64,000 nt of DNA, taken from the NCBI GenBank assembly GCA_024278215.1, contig JAJRTR010000052.1:1-64000 (forward strand). Reading direction: 5' to 3'. This document shows, piece after piece, positions 61,472 through 64,000 of this stretch; within the stretch, counting starts at the first letter, position 1; the number at the start of each line of letters is the position of its first letter. The DNA is from a bacterium (GTDB lineage: Bacteria; UBP15; UBA6099; JAJRTR01). A model generated the notes under the pieces. It saw nothing but the letters and a program-made list of their open reading frames with translations. It was not told where the DNA came from and searched no databases. A program made the position numbers and the translations under genes.

Positions 61472-61972
61472 GTGAATGAAGATTTTGTATTATGTGTAGT
61501 TCACTGTGTGCGTTTCGATGTTTTCAATAAGGTTCCGGTCGTTCTCCTCAAGGATGTTGAAGGCGACAGGTATCTGCCGATATGGATCGGGATGTTCGAA
61601 GCCACACAGATCGAGATTGCGCTGGAAAAAGTCTCCGTTCCCCGGCCGATGAGCCATGATCTCATGAAATCCATACTGGAAACATTCCACTTGAGCGCGG
61701 AATCGGTGAGGATTCATGATATAATAGATGGAACATTTCACGCGAAGATCATGGTGAAAAACACATCGGGCGCGGACGGCAATGAGCCTGTGGAAGTCGA
61801 CGCGAGGCCAAGTGACGCCATCGCTCTTTCGCTGAGAACCGACACACCGATATATGTCGCGCGAAAAATAATAGACGAAGCGGCGATTGTCGGCAAGGTG
61901 CCGGATGACGATGAAATGCAGAAATTCAAAGAATTCCTTTCCGACATCAAGCCCGGCGACTTCCGGGACTGA
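61472..61972 (+). CDS. Bifunctional nuclease family protein (DUF151)
   Basis: LPIWIGMFEA, RPMSHDL, GTFHA, DARPSDAIAL. Confidence 0.92.
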   Translation: MNEDFVLCVVHCVRFDVFNKVPVVLLKDVEGDRYLPIWIGMFEATQIEIALEKVSVPRPMSHDLMKSILETFHLSAESVRIHDIIDGTFHAKIMVKNTSGADGNEPVEVDARPSDAIALSLRTDTPIYVARKIIDEAAIVGKVPDDDEMQKFKEFLSDIKPGDFRD

Positions 61973-62033
61973 CTAAAGGCAATCCTGGAAATAGAAAGCT
62001 CAAGTGGACGCTATATAACTCAAGGAGTAGACC

Positions 62034-62228
62034 ATGTCTGTACAACCGGCTTCTTCACCAAATGACTATTATGGAGCATGGGGCGCGGCGCTCGCCCAGA
62101 TACTGTTTAATATGAGAGCGACAGCCGAGGTGCTCGCAGGCACTTATGACGAGATGGAAAAACACCAGGCACGCGCTCGCGAGACTTCATGGGAGCAAAA
62201 CATCTACAGAGTTGACATCCGGATTTAA
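62034..62228 (+). CDS. Small hypothetical protein
   Basis: AAGGAG upstream of the ATG; 64 aa; no recognised motif. Confidence 0.5.
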   Translation: MSVQPASSPNDYYGAWGAALAQILFNMRATAEVLAGTYDEMEKHQARARETSWEQNIYRVDIRI

Positions 62229-62770
62229 GGGCCGCGAAGGAATATGACCGGAGTCCCCCTTCGGCTCTTTCCATCTCATGCGGCGGCTCCGCGCGCAACA
62301 CATTTTTCGTTCTCCGTTCATTATCAAATTCGGCGGCAGCACTTCTTTATGTCCCAATTGCTTCAATTAAACAGATAAATGTATTACCATAGTGGCTGAA
62401 CGAAAACCCTAAAAGGACTATGGATAAAGGAATAATTGGCGAAAAGAGCAAACGAAGATCGGCAGAAAATATCAGGTACAAATACGAGGAAGACAGTTGT
62501 AATCGCATGTAAGCGATGTATGGCGTTTGAAAAAACGCAATCTTCGCAATAAAATCTTGAAAAGTGGTTGAGCGAAAAACTGATCCGTTAAGCCGGAATG
62601 TGTGAAAAGTGTTCGATATCGAGGCAGACGAAGGAGGCAATGCAACGCATTGTTGACTGAGGATAACGAAGATAGCGGGCAATTTGCGCACATCCCGGCA
62701 GGAGCAGGTTTCCGTTCAACCACTACCATAAATATCTGGCGACAAAATACAGGATTGCGAAGGCTGAACT

Positions 62771-64000
62771 ATGAGACTTTTGATGATACATTCAAATCCG
62801 TTTTCATTCGAGATTACGGACAAAACAAAGTTCGCGGAAGAGATAGTGCCGCCGGTTGTGGACAGGGCTGAAGTGGATAATGCGCTCGTGGTTTTTGCCG
62901 CTGTCGAGCAGCATGATGCCGTCGAGCAGGAAAAAGTTTGCGGGAAAGCTTTCGCTGAAATAAAAAAGACATACGAGAACGTGGGTGCGTCGATAATCGC
63001 TCTGTATCCATATTCACATCTTTCCAACCGGCTCGCGCCGCCCGAAGTGTCACTGCGCCTGTTGAAAAATCTGCGTGGCCTTCTGGAAGACATGCCGCTG
63101 GTTCAGTGTCCGTTCGGATGGTATAAAAAATTCAGCCTCAACGGGATCGGGCACCCTGTGAGCGAATCGAGCAGGGTGATAGAGATCGACGGTCGCCCGC
63201 GGGAACAGAAAGTTATGGGCCGTGGCCGCGAACATCCTGTCGCCGCCATGAACCAGCAGTTCCGCGAGGTCTTCCTCGAACTCGGCCTCGACGAAATGAT
63301 CAATCCGGCGATTATCGACGACTTCCACATCTACAAACAGTACGGCCCGGAAGCGCCACTTATCCTCGACAGGGTTTTCTATATCGCGGGCCTCGACCGG
63401 GCTGATATCGGACTTGGCAAAAGCAAACTCGCAATAATAAATAAAATAGTCCCCGGATTCGACAAAGAGGAACAACTGCAAGCCCTTATGCGCGAATATA
63501 AGGAAGCTCTGATCGAGGCCGACGATTTTCTCGAAGAATTTGCCCTCAGGCTGAAAATCAGCGGCGAACAGGCCGGCGAAATCCTCGAAAAAGCATTCCC
63601 CGAATTCAGGGAATTGACGCCTGTTCCCATGACGCGCACACTGCGCTCGCACATGACAAGCAACTGGTTTCCCGTGCTCCAGCGCATGAGAACTCGATCA
63701 ACGCTGCCCGTGAAACTCTTCTCCGTGGGGTCCCGTTTCAGACGCGAGCAGCGCCAGGATGCGCAACATCTCTACGAAAGCACATCCGCGTCAATTGTTG
63801 TCATGGACAACAATGTTACGATGGAAGACGGCAAAAAGCTGTCATACGACATCCTGAAAAAAATGGGGTTCAAGCGCTGCAAATTCGTAAAGAAAAAAGT
63901 CGCCAGCCGCTACTACGATCCGGAAACGGACACAGAGATATTCGTAAATTATAAAGGAGCACAGATCGAGGTCGGTAATCTTGGCTTCTACGCGCCGGAA
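62771..64000 (+). CDS. sepS: O-phosphoseryl-tRNA(Cys) synthetase (SepRS) with an N-terminal archaeal ThrRS-type editing domain; 3' end outside the window
   Basis: Manual translation gives 410 codons with no stop. Residues 1 to ~137: MRLLMIHS, LVVFAAVE, YPYSHLS, PFGWYKKF, GHPVSESSR. Then GREHPV, EMINPAII, YKQYGPEAPLILDRVFYIAGL, FPEF, TLRSHMTSNWF, KLFSVGSRFRREQRQDAQHL, SAS, SRYY. Confidence 0.92.
   Translation, partial: MRLLMIHSNPFSFEITDKTKFAEEIVPPVVDRAEVDNALVVFAAVEQHDAVEQEKVCGKAFAEIKKTYENVGASIIALYPYSHLSNRLAPPEVSLRLLKNLRGLLEDMPLVQCPFGWYKKFSLNGIGHPVSESSRVIEIDGRPREQKVMGRGREHPVAAMNQQFREVFLELGLDEMINPAIIDDFHIYKQYGPEAPLILDRVFYIAGLDRADIGLGKSKLAIINKIVPGFDKEEQLQALMREYKEALIEADDFLEEFALRLKISGEQAGEILEKAFPEFRELTPVPMTRTLRSHMTSNWFPVLQRMRTRSTLPVKLFSVGSRFRREQRQDAQHLYESTSASIVVMDNNVTMEDGKKLSYDILKKMGFKRCKFVKKKVASRYYDPETDTEIFVNYKGAQIEVGNLGFYAPE

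Noticed and set aside
62340-62770. T-box, riboswitch or tRNA-Cys upstream of the SepRS fusion
   Set aside because: No T-box consensus, terminator/antiterminator pair or cloverleaf was recognisable by eye; a covariance-model search would be needed.
63050-63687. Minus-strand ORFs listed in the track
   Set aside because: They are antisense shadows of the SepRS fusion gene.
62771-64000. Calling the last gene thrS or pheS
   Set aside because: After the editing domain the motifs are SepRS-specific (KQYGPEA, LDR.FY.AGL, TLRSHMTS.WF). No ThrRS catalytic motifs are present, and PheRS-alpha reads LRTHTS in this region.

Overview
Chromosomal window from a flagellated bacterium that probably has an outer membrane (Skp/OmpH, AsmA-like and AMIN proteins are present); the lineage cannot be assigned from this sequence. 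Left to right it holds: the end of a Fic gene and an IS21 remnant next to tRNA-Ala(GGC); a copper/metal-redox cluster (YHS-CopA, RseC, a YHS-TrxB-like protein lacking CxxC, a two-component pair); an atypical PII; the split transhydrogenase pntAa/pntAb/pntB; a galacturonokinase-like kinase with a nucleotidyltransferase and xsc; housekeeping genes; a short flagellin; an orphan cheR-cheD-cheY/sensor kinase cluster; and a 911-aa flagellin with two inserted modules behind a sigma28-like promoter. The most notable feature is missing from the ORF track because it runs off the right edge (62771->64000): an O-phosphoseryl-tRNA synthetase (SepRS) whose N-terminus is an in-frame archaeal-type ThrRS editing domain. 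A second, stand-alone copy of that editing domain, with altered key residues, lies at 42346-42771. Intergenic DNA carries about eight families of short non-autonomous repeats (MITE/REP-like), often nested. All protein calls come from motif recognition by eye; no database search was run.
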